Positions 12,595 to 25,110 of a stretch of 64,000 bases of DNA are shown one piece after another. Position numbers and translations under genes: made by a program. The notes beneath the pieces are model-generated. The model worked only from the letters and a program-made list of their open reading frames with translations. It was not told the DNA's origin and ran no database searches. Positions within the stretch are counted from its first letter, which is position 1. Every line of letters starts with the position of its first letter. Where the stretch lies: the NCBI RefSeq assembly GCF_030144855.1, contig NC_082707.1:124248001-124312000 (forward strand). The letters are read 5' to 3'. This stretch comes from Hypanus sabinus (Eukaryota).

Positions 12595-12692
12595 CGTTTT
12601 CATGCACTGAGTTGTGCACATGAATGGCTGATTAGATATTTATATTAATGAGCAGTGTACAGGTGTACCTAATGAAGTGCTCACTGACTGTA
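12595..12692. mobile_element. Terminal fragment of the Tc1-derived MITE family seen at 30380-30939
   Basis: TGCACTGAGTTG...GGCTGATTAGATATTT..TACAGGTGTACCTAATGAAGTGCTCACTGACTGTA matches 30850-30941. Confidence 0.75.
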
Positions 12693-14821
12693 AGGCCTCA
12701 GTATTAAATACTTGTTTTTATAGGCCTCTCAAAAAGGCTAATCTTACATCCACCTTTCTACCACCAACCCAGCCTGCAAGTTAACCTTTAGGGAATCCTG
12801 CATGAGCACTCCCCATTTAGGGAATGGTCTACAACTTTATTCTTTCCACCATGACAATACACTTCCTCTTGATTCTGCAATTAACTTTCCTAAATGTTGT
12901 TGCAACATGTTTAGAGTTTGTCACAGACTCTTTGTTTACTTCTGGGGAGAGGCAGTTTCTGCGGACAAAAACCACAGGAACTGCTGCTTTGCACAATGTA
13001 AATTGACGTGTAATTAAAATACCTTTCTCATGTTACCATGCGGAACCTGAGAGAGAAAAAGCTCAAAAATGTGAACAACGCTTTCAACCTTGCCAGACTG
13101 CTTCGCCTCCGCCATCTGCAGTACCACTCACATGGAGCTCTGCATGACCTCGGGGAGACTCCCTCCTAAGGGTCCTACATACAACACACATGGGTGGTCT
13201 AGCAGCTGAAGCAGCATATGACCATCCTCTTTTGAAACGGTGCTGACTGTGCCGCTTACCTGAATGGATGATTCGCCCCAATTGAAATCCACTCCCTCCT
13301 TATTAACAGCTGACTCTGGAAGTAGTCAACCCTGCCCAGGTGTTCCATGTATACTTTGAACCATTATGCTTCAACTTCAAATTAAGCTTGGTATTGCATT
13401 GCACACCAAACTGGTCAGACACTGCAGTTCAAACTCGTTTGCAATTCCTGCAGAACACCACTCAATAGTCATCCTGCAAACAATGTGACTAAAACAGCCT
13501 TTGTGAAAATATGCTATGTGGACATTGGTGTTTCTTTATTGTTGTCACATGCAGCAAGATACAGTGAAAACCTTGTCTTGCATACCGTTCATACAGAGCA
13601 AATCATTACACAATGCATCGAAGTAGTACAAGGTAAAACAATACCAATGCATGATAAAGTGTAAAAGCTACCAAAAAAATGCAATGCATGTAAACAATAA
13701 AGTACAAGATCACAAAAAGTTTGTTTAAGAGGTCAAGAGTCCATTTTGGCGCTTTGCTAGATGAAAATCGGAATTGTCTCTGTCATGGAATCTGTGAGAA
13801 CCTTTAAAGGGACTTCAGTAGTTGCAGTGGGATTTGGGATCCTTCAAGGATGTGAAGGAGGCACTACAGGAATGTAGTTTCCTCTTCTCTTGTTAAAGAG
13901 GCAATGAAGGGCTTCATCCATTTAGTCAGTGTTGCCAGCTCTGGGTGCATTCTTAGAGCTTCCATGACGCAAATCTCTTGCCTTTAACCACCCTGCCCCC
14001 AAGTTCTGTCCACCATCTGCTTACTATGACCTTCCTCACAGCATCTTCAGCCAATCAGTAGGCAGACCGACTTCAGTGCCCAATGAGATCACTCTTAATG
14101 ACAAATCAAGCAGAATTTTGGAAACAACACCCAGTACTCAAACCTTCAATTTCTACAGATACTTGGATAGTTCTGGAGGGAGCCCAAGTCTTGTTTGTTG
14201 CTCTACAAATCCCTCCATGCCTCAGTGGTGGACTTAATAGGCAGAGGTAGAGAGGCCTGGAGCCAAAGTTTAGATTTGGAGCTTCAACCTCCCACAGTCT
14301 GATCCACTTCAACATATACGTGATCAGTCTCTAACACTGCCAATCAAAACAGATATGGGGGGGAAGGGAATAGTAAAAGAAAGTTATTTGTTATTTGAAA
14401 ATTAAAAATCATGGACAGTTGCCTTTGGAGGTTTCTGATAGGGAAAAAGTATAACTCTGAAAATGTGCCCTGCTTGAGGGTGTTGCTGGATGACTGGTTT
14501 GCAATTTGTTGTTTCTCTCACAGAGCCGCAGCCTGCTGAGTTGTGTTAATGTTTAAACTCTGACCATACAGAATTCACTCCAGACAGCTCCCCTCCACCA
14601 CCCAAAGGCCGATACTCAACACAGGGTTTCGGAGCTGTCAACACATCCACCCCCACCTTAAACCAATCGCGATCTCATGTCCCTGCGAATGCCTGGGGTT
14701 GAAATGTGGAACGAGGATTGGAGTCCCTGGGTCTCAGAAAAAAACTGCTTTGTTTCTGCACCTCCCAGATAAGCCATAGAGAGCACAGAAAACATCGCTT
14801 GTTCAGGAGGACGCGAGTTAT

Positions 14822-15077
14822 TTTAAAATTTTATTTACTGAGATGCAGTGCTGAGTAGGCCCTTTTAAATTTTCGAGCCGCGGCAGCCAGCAATTTACAA
14901 TGACCAATTAACCCACCAACTTGTACGTCTTTGGAATGTGGGAGGAACCCAGAACCCCCGGAGCAAACCCATGTGGCCACAGGAAGAATGTACAAACTCC
15001 TTACAGGCAGTGGTGGGAATTGAACCCACATTGCCTGTAGTGTAAAGCATTGTGCAAATCACTACCGTTCCATACTG
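14822..15077 (-). mobile_element. V-SINE (HE1/HER1-like tRNA-derived SINE)
   Basis: Minus strand shows a tRNA-like head with B box GGTTCAATTCC, then the V-domain GAGTTTGTACATTCTTCCTGTG..TGGGTTTGCTCCGGG..CCTCCCACATTCCAAAGAC. Confidence 0.8.
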
Positions 15078-15221
15078 GGTCATTTTCCTGGAAAACTGGC
15101 TGAGACGTGACATCACAGAGATATCTAACATGATGAGAGACATAAATAGGGTAGATAGCTGGTCTGTTTCCCATGGTAGGGGTAGAATGATGAGAGAGAG
15201 CAAGTTTAAAGGAGACCCAGA

Positions 15222-15715
15222 GTGACCACAAATGCTGGAAAGCTGCAGCAACACTCTCAAAATGCTGGAGGATCTCAGCAGGTCAGACAGCATCCATGGA
15301 GAGATATGAACAGTCGTCATTTCAGGCCAAGACCCTTCACCAGGACTGGAAAGAAACAGAGCAGAAGCCAGAATAAAATGCCAGCAGGAGGGTGGGATAC
15401 ACAAGCTGGCATGTGACAGGCGAGTTCACCTGAGGGGGGGGAAGGTAGACAGGGAAGGGAAATGATGTGAGGAGTTGGGAGGTGATATGTGGAAGATGAC
15501 TGAAGAAGATTCAATCTGATAGAAGAGGGCAGTGGACCATGGAATAAAGGGAAGGGAAGTAGGGGAATCAAAGGGAGGAGGGTGAAGGCAATGGGAAAGT
15601 TGTGAGGCTGGGGGATGGGGAAGGGAAAAGAAGTGAAGGGGGCTAGTGGGGGGAAAACAGAAGGGAGTGGTTACTGAAAGTTAGAAAGAGGGAAATCAAT
15701 CTTCATGCCATATAG
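15222..15715 (-). mobile_element. Penelope-like element 3' part / pLTR carrying a decayed hammerhead motif
   Basis: Minus strand reads ATGGCATGAAGATTGATTTCC (as at the end of the 19.4-20.7 kb Penelope), a pyrimidine-rich spacer, then CAGTCCTGGTGAAGGGTCTTGGCCTGAAATGACGACTG and ATGGATGCTGTCTGACCTGCTGAG. Confidence 0.75.
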
Positions 15716-17899
15716 GTTTGAGACTACTGAAAAAAAATAGATGTTCCTTTATTCTGTGTCTAGGCTTAAAGGAGATCTGAGGGGTTTGACTTCAGAGACT
15801 AGCACACCAGTTTACTGAGGGGGTGCTGGATTTCAGATGAAGTGCCAGAGTGAGCTTCCTTCTGCCTCTGATGAGTTTGTGGTGACTACCGAGGTCTCCC
15901 CCAGATACTCTGGTCAATATTTATCCCTTAAACATATTGAGGGATATGGGGCAAGTGCCAGAAGGTGGTGCTGAGGTAAAAGATCAACTTGGTCTTGAAT
16001 GGCAAACATCTGGCTGCTCTGAATTTAGGGGCCAATTCACTGATTCTGACTTTTTAAAAAAAACTGAAAATAGATGAAAAGATTCTATCGCCAATGTCTG
16101 TGGAAGTTCCTGTGCTTAAATTACCAGCTGTGTTTTACACTATAACAACAATTAGGCTTCAAAGGTACTTCACTGACTCTGGGTACCTCACAATCACTCT
16201 ACAAATACAAATCTCTCAACTATCTGACAGGACTCACCACAGGTCTGTTAAACCCTCAGAGATGACAACACCAAATGTGTTGAACTTATATTGAGACTGT
16301 GACCAATTTCTCCTTACCACCCAGCTCCAGGTGGAGGTCTGATCCACACTGCTCCAGAAACAGTATCCTCACACTAAACCTTTGCAATTAAGGGTTTCAA
16401 TTATGCTCTCACCATTTGTCAGTAGTGAGTCCTCAGTCAGAGTATAAATTTGGCACAAAACTCCCAATAAAACTTCTCTGAAGTTCATGGCGCTGCCTGT
16501 GAACGAGTGGATTTGTGCTTGCAAAGTACTGTAGACCTCAATCCCTTAACTGTGTACCTCCTGCCAGTTCACAGCACCCAGACAGATAGAGAACACAGAG
16601 TTTCTGATCAATGATACTCTGCTACATGATGCCAACCTATGTTCTGATCTACTGCCTACCTCAGGGGCAGATGACGGCAGCACCGGCTGTGGATTTGATG
16701 CTGAGATCATGAAATGTAGAGGAGGGGAAGTGGAGAGGTGGTAACGAGGAGCGGGACAAACTGAGAAAAGAAAGTTAGAAAACCACAGAAACATGAAATG
16801 AAAACAATATTCTGGTAATGATCAGCAGGGTAGTCAACAACAGTGCAAAGAGAAACAGAAGCATTAATTCAGTTTCTCCACAGGTGCTCCCTAACCTCCC
16901 AAGTATTTCCAGTGTTGTTTTCTTGGTGAGGGAAAAGTGAATTGGAACAAGGTTGTTTTTAACTGGAAGCCATGTTCAGGGAAGTAGTGACTGGTGCATG
17001 AATTTGGTGGAAAGAGGCATGACTATATGAAATTTTAAATGTTTTCACAATCAATTTGATCAGGACCAGTTCCCTACAATGTACAAGTTTTGTAGAAGAC
17101 TCGAGGGTTTTCCTTTCCCATTTATTGCCAAGATTTTTCAGTGTATGGGTGGCATCTAGATTCTGGGTTACAACATGTCTGCACCACCATAAGTAAGATA
17201 TTATAACAGCTCAGAAAACGTCGAGGTTATCGCAAGCATAAATCTATCAGACAACACTCCACTCATTCCCCAGACTGCTCTGTGGGTTTAGGGAAGAGCA
17301 AAGATTAAATCTGATACAGACACGATAGACATGAAACAGCAAGTGCAGGAAGGTTTCCAAGAATGCAGCTCTGTAGACAGGAAGCTACTTGGCCTACCAA
17401 GATCCAAATGATCCAATTAAATGAAAAATCAAAAAGAAATTACAGAAACTGAATGTCCAGAAGTAGACAATGCTAGAAACACTTAGCAGGTCAGGTAGCA
17501 TCTGAGAGAAGAGAAATAAGTTAACATTTCAGTTCTGGTATAGTCTTCAACCAGAAACATTAACCTTATTTTCTTTCTTCAGATGCTACCTGACCTGCTG
17601 AGTATTTCCAGCATTTTTTATTTTTGATCGAGCAATTCAATAGGTTCAATTTTACTTGTTTTTTTATTCACTGGCTATAAACATTTGAAGTTATACTTAA
17701 ACATTTTCCTTCAAATGCTGCTAATGAATAGTCTTCTACCACTTTTCCCCCCGATTGAGCCTTCCAGTTTATAACACCCCATTAAAAACAAATTCTGCGC
17801 TCCTCTTGTTTTCACCACTGCTTCAAATCTGGCATCTTCAGGACTGTGGATCGACAAAAGTAGAAACTACCAGATCAAAATCCTCCCCTCCTGGGAAGC

Positions 17900-18870
17900 T
17901 CAACTAGAAGATTAAGATCATGGGATCCATGGTGAATTGGCTGTTTGGATTCAGAACTGGCTTGCCCATATGAGACAAGAGGGTAGTGGTTGAAGGGACT
18001 TATTCTAGCTGGAGGTCTGTGATTAGTGGTGTTCTGTGTTGGGACCACTATGGATGGAGAAATGGCAGATGGAGTTTAACCCAGCCAAAAATTAGTGTTG
18101 CACTTTGGTAGGTCAAATGCACTAACAGTGCACTGTTAGGGCAAGGCCTTTAACAATATTCATAGGCAGAGGGTCTTGGGATTCAAGTTCATAGCTCCCT
18201 AAAAGTGGCTACGCAGATTGAGAGGGTGGTTAAGAAGGCATATGGCATGCTTGCCTTTATTACTTGTGGCATTGAGTTCAAAAGTCTGGAAGTTATGTTG
18301 CAGCTTTGTAAAACTACAGTTAGGCCATATCTGGAGTATTGCATAGTTCTGGTCATCCCGTTATAGGAAGGATAAAGGCTTTGGAAAAGATGCAGAAGAG
18401 GTTTACCAGGATGTTGCCTGGATTGGAGGGCATGTGCTATTACAAGAGATTGGACAAACATGGGTTGATTTTTCAGGAGCAGCGAAGGCTGAGGGAAGTT
18501 CTGATATAGATCTGTATGATTAGAACAGGCATAGATAGACAACATCCTTTTCCAAGGGTTGAAATGTCTGATACCAAAGGGCATGCATTTATGGAAAGAG
18601 GGAGTAATTTTAAAGGAGATGAGTGGGAATTTTTTTTTAAATATATACATAGCGTGGTGGGTGTCCAAAGTATGCTGCCTGGGGTAGCGGTAGAGACTTT
18701 AAAGAGACATTTAGTTAGGCACGTGAATGTGAGGAAAATGGAAGGGTATGCATATTGTGTAGGCTGAAGAGGTTAATTTAGTTTGCCTTTTGATAACTAA
18801 TGTAATCGGTTCAGCTCAGTATTGTGGGCCAAGGTGCCTGTCCCCGTGCACTACTGTTCTCTGTTCAATA
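17900..18870 (+). mobile_element. CR1 LINE 3' ~1 kb with internal deletions
   Basis: Recognisable segments KLRSHGI.GEL..WIQNWL, VRPYLEYCI and QKRFTRMLPGL, plus the CR1 3'UTR. Confidence 0.85.
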
Positions 18871-19202
18871 ACGCTGCCATTAAATCTTTCCCTAGTACAG
18901 CACATCTATCAAAACAACACACGCTCCTGTAGCCGTTTCAACGAACTGAGGTCCCTCATATTTTGTAATTCAGTTAAATCATCTCTTTTCCTTCTCTGTG
19001 CTGTTATGTGCCCGAGTAGAATAAGGCCTTTGTTTAAGCAAAGGTTCAAAGGCCAGCTTCCAATCCAGTCTCTGCAGGGCTGTCACTCAAGAGCAAATCA
19101 ATGTGCCTGGCACAGTGTAATATGCCATCAAAACTGAGCAATTGCACCACACTGGACAAATCCTATGCAACATTAAAAAAACATTATTTTCACCATGGAT
19201 GT

Positions 19203-19365
19203 TCATAAGACCATAAGACATTGGAGCAGAATTAGGCCATCTGGCCCATCGAGTATGCTCCACCATTCAATCATGACTCATCCTTTTTTTTTCCCCTCCT
19301 CCTCAACCCCAGTTCCTGGCCTTCTCCCCGTAACCTTTGATGCCAAGTCCAATCAAGAACCTAAG
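19203..19365 (-). mobile_element. CR1 3' tip
   Basis: CATAAGACCATAAGACATTGGAGCAGAATTAGGCC is the reverse complement of the tail seen at 360-398. Confidence 0.8.
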
Positions 19366-19371
19366 AGAACC

Positions 19372-20680
19372 AGTCCCTATACATCTCCACCAGGAAGGCC
19401 TCAAAGTTCTCCATTTTTTTCTGAACACTAGACCCAACGGATTCCACTCCACCACCATTCTCCTCCGTCTGGTGGAACTTGACCTCACTCTCATTAATTT
19501 CTCCTCCCACTTCCTTCAAACAAAATGTGTAGCCATAGATACTCCCATGGGTCCCAGCTATGCCTGGCTCTTTGTTGGCAATATGGAACAGTCTATGTTC
19601 CAAGCCTACACTGCAGTCACTCCGTCACTTTTCCTCCACTACATCGACAAATGCATTGGTGCTGCCTCCTGCACACAATGCCAAGCTCATCAACGGTATC
19701 AACTTCTCCTCCAGCTTCTACCCAGCCCTCAAACTTACCTGGTTCATTTCCTACAACTCCCTCCCCTTTCTTGATCTCTGTCTCTATCTCTGGAGACGGC
19801 TTATCCATTGATGTCTGTTATAAACCCACTGACTCTCATAGCTACCTCAAATATCCCTTTTCCCACCCCATTACTTTTAAAAATGCAATTCCTCCATCTA
19901 TGCCACATCAGCCCCTAGGACAAGGCCTTTCATTCCAGAACAAAGAGGATGTCCTCTGTCTTCAAATAAAGGGGCTTCCCTTCCTCCACCATCAACACTA
20001 CCCTCAACAGCATCTCTTCCATTTCACGCACGCCTGTTCTCACCCTATCCTCCCGCCACCCTATCAGGGATATGGTTCCTCTTGTCCTCACCTACTTCCT
20101 CAACTACTACTCCACCAGCCTCTGTGTCCAGCACATAATTCTCCACAACTTCCGCCATCTCCAACAGGATCCCACCATAAAGTACATTTATTTATCACTC
20201 CCTCCCCCAATTTCTGCTTTCCGCAGGGATCGTTTAAGTGACTCCCTTGTCCATTTGTCCCTCCCCATTGATCTCCCTCCTGGCACTTATCCTTTGCAAG
20301 AAGAACAGGTGCTATACCTGCCCCTACTCCTCTGCCCTCACTACCATTCAGGGACCCAAATAGTCCTTCCAGGTGAGGTGATACTTCACCTATGAGTCTT
20401 TTGGGGTCATATACTGTGTCTGGTGCTCCCAGTGTGGCCTACTGTATATTGGTGAGACCCAGCATGGATTGGGAAACTGCCTCGCCAAGCTCCTGTCCGC
20501 TGGAAAAAGCGGGATCTCTCAGTTGCCACCCATTTCAATTCCACTTTCCATTCCCATTCTGACATGTCAATCCAAGGCCTCCTCTACTGTCATGATGAAG
20601 CCACACTCAGGCTGGAGGAGCAACACTTTATATTCTGTCTGGGTAGCCTCCAACCCGATGGCATGAACATGAAATTCTTG
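19372..20680 (+). mobile_element. Penelope-like element (RT plus GIY-YIG endonuclease), decayed
   Basis: HQEGLKVLHFFL...LLRLVELDLTLINFS.HFLQTKCVAIDTPMGPSYAWLFVG.MEQ...LFLHYIDKCIG (PLE RT, YIDD motif decayed), LPFLDL, YKPTDSHSYL. GIY-YIG segment GVIYCVWCSQCGLLYIGET at ~20404-20460. Confidence 0.9.
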
Positions 20681-22786
20681 ACCTAAGAACTTGCAATGTG
20701 GAATGGAACTAAAGTTTAATAGAAAGATTATACCTGCAGTATGAGCAAAGTTCCTTGTAGTAAACCCATTTTCTCCTACTATGTTTTGGAAAAACAGGAA
20801 TATGTTTGATGCATTGGGACTCTGTACACTCACAGTAGACACCTTGCAGTATTACATCACAGGAATTAAACAGTAAAGGATTTAATCTTTTCAGATTGTG
20901 AAAGGTTCCCTTAATATCCATCTCTGTGTAGGAGAGTACAGTGGGCAGTTTGCCCTTTCACAGAATAGTAGTAAGTTTTATGGTGGGCTTCTAGAATTGT
21001 GCATCATTAGACTTTGATGGTGAATTGAAACCTATGCCGAGTATGGATATGAAGCACTGATGGTTTCTGAGCTCTCAATCAGGCTGTAACTAATAAGAAT
21101 TGTGTTTGTTTTAACTATGATTAGCTTTCCAGGTAGTGTTGCCTTAATTTGCTTGACCTTCCTCTTCACTGTAATACAATGTCACACACTACAAAATGCT
21201 GAATTCACAAGAAACTCCAGAAGCAGGGAGAACCACATAGAGGTGGGGAAAGAAAGAGAGTAATTTTGGGTACCATAAGTACCCCTTAGACTATTGAATA
21301 GCTACACCTTCCTTCACAAGTTGCCATTATTCAGGGCACAAGCACATACAAAATAAGCATCTCCCAGCAAGATGCAGAGGCTAATCATGATCCCTTTTTG
21401 ATGTCTGTGGAGAGGTGACATTTGAGGCTGCATTCACTGACCGTAAGCACTCAAGTGGAGTTATTCAACTTCTTACTGCTCTCCACTGAGGCCGCTAAAG
21501 ATGAGTTCCTACCACTGAACATCACCACGGTTACTGACTTTGGAGCAAACCTCTAGAATTCCTGGCCCCAGGGACCAAGGGTATCTCTGTCAAGCACCTT
21601 CTCCAAGTTTGACGCTCACTCCCTCCATTCGTGGAGCTGTTTCCCAGCTGGGGTTCACCCCTATATAAATGCAAGCCCCTGCTGCAGTAACAATTAACTT
21701 CCACTGCAGAGATGCAAGTGTGCAAGACGCAGCTTTTAACTGGAGCTAGCCTACCACAATGTAAATTTATGCTCAATTGAATAGACTGTGCACTTGCAGG
21801 GTCATTCCAATCAGCATTCAGCACCAACTTGGCATCTGCCAGTCTTATACCCAAGGGGCACAAGCTGAATCCTACATCACAACCCTCACACATCCTTAGC
21901 ACAATCGGATTCAGTTTTAACAACGTCTGCAAGGTCTTAATCAAACTTTCAAGAAGCAAATCTGTTCAAGTTTCCAGCCAATGCCACATTTAAATTTTGA
22001 AAATAAATTAACCACGTCATGTGTACACTTCAACTGGAGAATAACAGACTGCTTTCCGAATGAGATCAAGATCCTGTATTGTTTAAGCGGTATTGCATCC
22101 TGACACGTATCAGTACCGATACACTAGACAGTTGCTGGATTATAGCTTTGTTGTGGGCACCAGCTACTGGAGCAAAACGTTCCTGCATTGGGCAAGAGGA
22201 ACAAGAACTGCTGTCTGCTCATCAAATACCTTCCGGCCCAAAACAGGGCAGTGAGAACAACAGGGAAATATGTGAATTGTAATGCTTGTGTGGGATTGTC
22301 TGGTACAGAGCCCATCGATTGTCCTAATTTCAGTCTGGGGAGTTTGCCAAAATAACTGTTGATCTCTCTGAAAAGCATTTAGGACAGTCTGAGGTGGTGC
22401 CAAAGAGCAGAACTTGTACCTCGTGTGTGATTAGTATCAGGTCCACAGCAGAAGAGTCCACTGCCAAGAGACTACATGTAGGCCCAGTGAGAAAGGCCAC
22501 ATACCCCAGAGAGGGCAAGATAAACATTTAACAGCATCCAACAAAAACTCCTCGTCTCAGCTGAACAGATACTGACCACAGCAACTCCACTCTTTGCAGC
22601 AACCCTGATTAAGAAATCGTATCATTCCTTTCAAAGAGATCCTCCCATTATCCAACGGTACACCCAGATTCAAACACAAGAAATGATCATTTGTCCTGAC
22701 TCATTTAAAGAATGAGACGACTGACCCCACCCTTGACACCTTCCCAGAAGACTTGAAATTTTCTCTTCTTCATTTAAGGTATCAAT

Positions 22787-23135
22787 ACATATGAACATAG
22801 GAAATAGGAGCAGGAGTCGGCCATCTGGCCCATTGAGCCTGCTCCGCCATTCAATAAGATCATGGCTGATCTGGCCATGGACTCATCTCCACTTACCTGC
22901 CTTTCCCCCATAACCCTTAATTCCCCTACTACAGAAAAATCTATCCAACCTTGTCTTAAATATACTTACTGAGGTAGCCTCCACTGCTTCATTGGGTAGA
23001 GAATTCCACAGGTTCACCACTCCCTGGGAAAAGTAGTTCCTCCTCATCTCCATCCTAAATCTACTCCCCCAAATCTTGAGGCTACATCCCCTAGTTCTAG
23101 TCCCACCTATCAATGAGAACAACTTTCCTGCCTCA
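22787..23135 (-). mobile_element. CR1 LINE 3' end
   Basis: ORF 22883-23161 GTRTRGCSLKIWGSRFRMEMRRNYFSQGVVNLWNSLP. Confidence 0.9.
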
Positions 23136-23557
23136 AATACCAACCTAAAACACAAGTGCAATAATAAGGTTGGTGGAACTGTAGAACACTCTCCGAGCCT
23201 ACGCTCATTTCACATCATATAGCAATAACGTTTGCATCATATAAGCCTGTTACTGAAAAGCTGGAAATGCTCTGCAGGTCAGGCAGTTTCCATGGAGATG
23301 CAAACAAGGTCAGGGTTTCATATCAACAACTTTTCAACAGAGCCCAAACAAAGTTGTGATAGGTCATTCACTGGAAACAATATCACTATTTTGTGCTATG
23401 ATACTGTCTGAATTTCTAGTCTTTTAATGCCGACATTAACCACATTTCAAAAAGCATTTCTGGTTTGCTGTTGACTTCTATTGATATCCTGCCTCATTGC
23501 ATTCTGCTCCAATGACTTTGTGCCATCAGCGGAAAAGGTAAAAAGTCAAACACTCAC

Positions 23558-23979
23558 CTCAACGATGCTCCGCAGATGCTGCACGTACATTCGTTCAGTC
23601 TCGAGTATTTCCATGACAACCCTGTCCACATATGACAGCTTAGGGTTGGGGGCCATAGCCCTGGTTGCTATGGGAGACAAAGGGAGCTGACGGAAGTTGA
23701 CATTCATGTTTGTCCGGTCCACCGAGTTGTTGTTGTTGTTGTATTCCCGCTCGGCCTTGAGTGTGCGCAAAGGCAGAGCCGACTCCGCTCGGACATCATC
23801 ACCTGGTCGGCTCGTGGTGTCCGAGGGGCCGTGGCAATCCTGTAGGGAGCTCAAGGAGCTGGCACTCACGGGGCGCTCAATGTCTGAGCAGTCGGTGTTG
23901 ACCGAGATGGAGCTGGTGGTAATGGTAGACATCCTGTCATGGCTGCTCAATGAAGAGGTGGAAGAAGTCCGAGGAGATT
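23558..23979 (-). CDS. PLEKHG2: Internal coding exon of a PLEKHG1/2/3-family DH-PH RhoGEF, most similar to fish plekhg2 (paralog assignment tentative). Encodes the Ser-rich N-terminus and DH helix 1.
   Basis: Peptide (E)SPRTSSTSSLSSHDRMSTITTSSISVNTDCSDIERPVSASSLSSLQD...NNNNN...PLSPIATRAMAPNPKLSYVDRVVMEILETERMYVQHLRSIVE matches the family motifs RPVS and KLxYxxRVVxEIxETERxYVxxLRSIVE(DYL). Acceptor: polypyrimidine tract TTCTTCTCTCTCTCAG|AATCT (AG at 23981-23980, phase 1). Donor: GAG|GTGAGT at 23557 (phase 0). Length 422 nt = 2 + 140 codons. Confidence 0.9.
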
Positions 23980-24224
23980 CTGAGAGAGAGAAGAAGGAAA
24001 AGAAGAACTTGTCATCCCCTTCAAGCTTACAGGAATACTTATTGTTTATCCAGAGATCTGACTTAACAGAAAAAAGGTCACAAATTGATTTCCTTAATAG
24101 ATCCATTTGTGCTCAGAGCTCCTAGGAACTGGCCAGTCTCTTTTGTTGTACCCCAGTGAAGTCACCCCTGCCCATTTGTATAACAGCCTTTGCTAAAGCT
24201 CCATTTATAGCATCATCTTAAAAG

Positions 24225-24570
24225 GAATGTGTTTATTTCATGCCTCGTATAAGATCAGTGTCCAAAGTATTTTTGAAGTATAGTTACGGTTGCAACATAG
24301 GAAGCCTTTTCAGCTAATTTTGGCTCAACAAGATCCCGCACTCAGATATGTGATAATGACTGTATCGTCTATTTCAGTAGTGTTGGTCAAGAGAGAAATA
24401 CCTTCCAGGACACTGTGGAAATCATTCTTGTTCTGCTTCTAACAGTATGATTGGTTCTTTTCTATCCAGTCATGAGGTACAATGTGGGATTTGTTAGTGC
24501 CTAGATAGCCTGTCTCACATTTCATTACCTGAGTGTCAGCCTGGATTAGGTGTTGAAATCTCTGAAGTGG
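24225..24570 (-). mobile_element. Ancient DeuSINE-like (AmnSINE1/SacSINE1-type) SINE. Related copies at ~1170-1400, 30295-30375, 32310-32430, 52770-52890 (+), 54280-54520, 56500-56665.
   Basis: TTTTGAAGTATAGTTACGGTTGCAACATAGGAAGC..CAGCTAATTTTGGCTCAACAAGATCCC resembles, from memory, the reverse complement of the DeuSINE core/tail (GCTGTGCACAAATTGGCTGCCGCGTTTCCTACATTACAACAGTGACTACACTTCAAAAG). Confidence 0.55.
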
Positions 24571-24659
24571 GATTTCAGTCCACAGTACTTTGACTCTCTT
24601 GGCTCTGGAGAGATCTTTGTTCATCCCAACTCAGCTTCCCATACCCATCCCTCACCACA

Positions 24660-25110
24660 TCATGAAAACCAACCCCCCATCTATGGACTTTGTCTACACT
24701 GCTCATTGGCTTGGTAAAGCAGCCAATGTTTCAAAGATACCACTTTCCCCAGACATTCCCTCTTCTTTCTTACCCCCCCCCAAAAGAAAATTAGACAGAT
24801 GATATAAATGCCTAACAGCAAATACCATCAAGCTCCAGGAAAACATCTACCCCACTGTTACAAGACTGCTAAACTGTTCCTCTACTTTGATAAGATGGAC
24901 TCTTGACCACACAATCTACCTCATCTTAGCCTTGCACTTTTTTGTCTGCTGGCACTGCACTTTCTCTGTAACTGTAACATTTTATTCCGCGTACTGTTAT
25001 TGTTTTTCCCCTTGTACCACCTCAATGTACTCAGGCAATGAAATGTTCGGTATGAATGGCATGAGAAATGAAGCTTTTCTCTGTAACTCAGTCCATGTGA
25101 CGTTAAGAAA
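24660..25110 (+). mobile_element. Rex1/Babar-related 3' fragment or SINE; similar copies at ~10110-10440, 28020-28720 and 40390-40850 (-)
   Basis: Shared blocks CTATGGACTTTGTCTACACT..AAAGCAGCCAA..CAAAGA and CCTTGTAC.ACCTCAATGTAC..GAAAT..TGTATGAATGGCATG. Confidence 0.6.

Noticed and set aside
19525-20241. 238-aa ORF as a novel gene
   Set aside because: Frameshifted mosaic of the decayed Penelope RT reading frames.
21531-21959. 142-aa minus-strand ORF as the next PLEKHG exon
   Set aside because: No similarity to the expected DH continuation (DYL...LFGNIEDIY...), which was not found in this window.
23980-24106. N-terminal part of ORF 23546-24106 (MDLLRKSIC...FFFSFFSLS) as the true protein start
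   Set aside because: It reads through the polypyrimidine tract and AG acceptor, so it is intronic.
23697-24125. 142-aa plus-strand ORF
   Set aside because: Antisense shadow of the PLEKHG exon, with no recognisable protein similarity.
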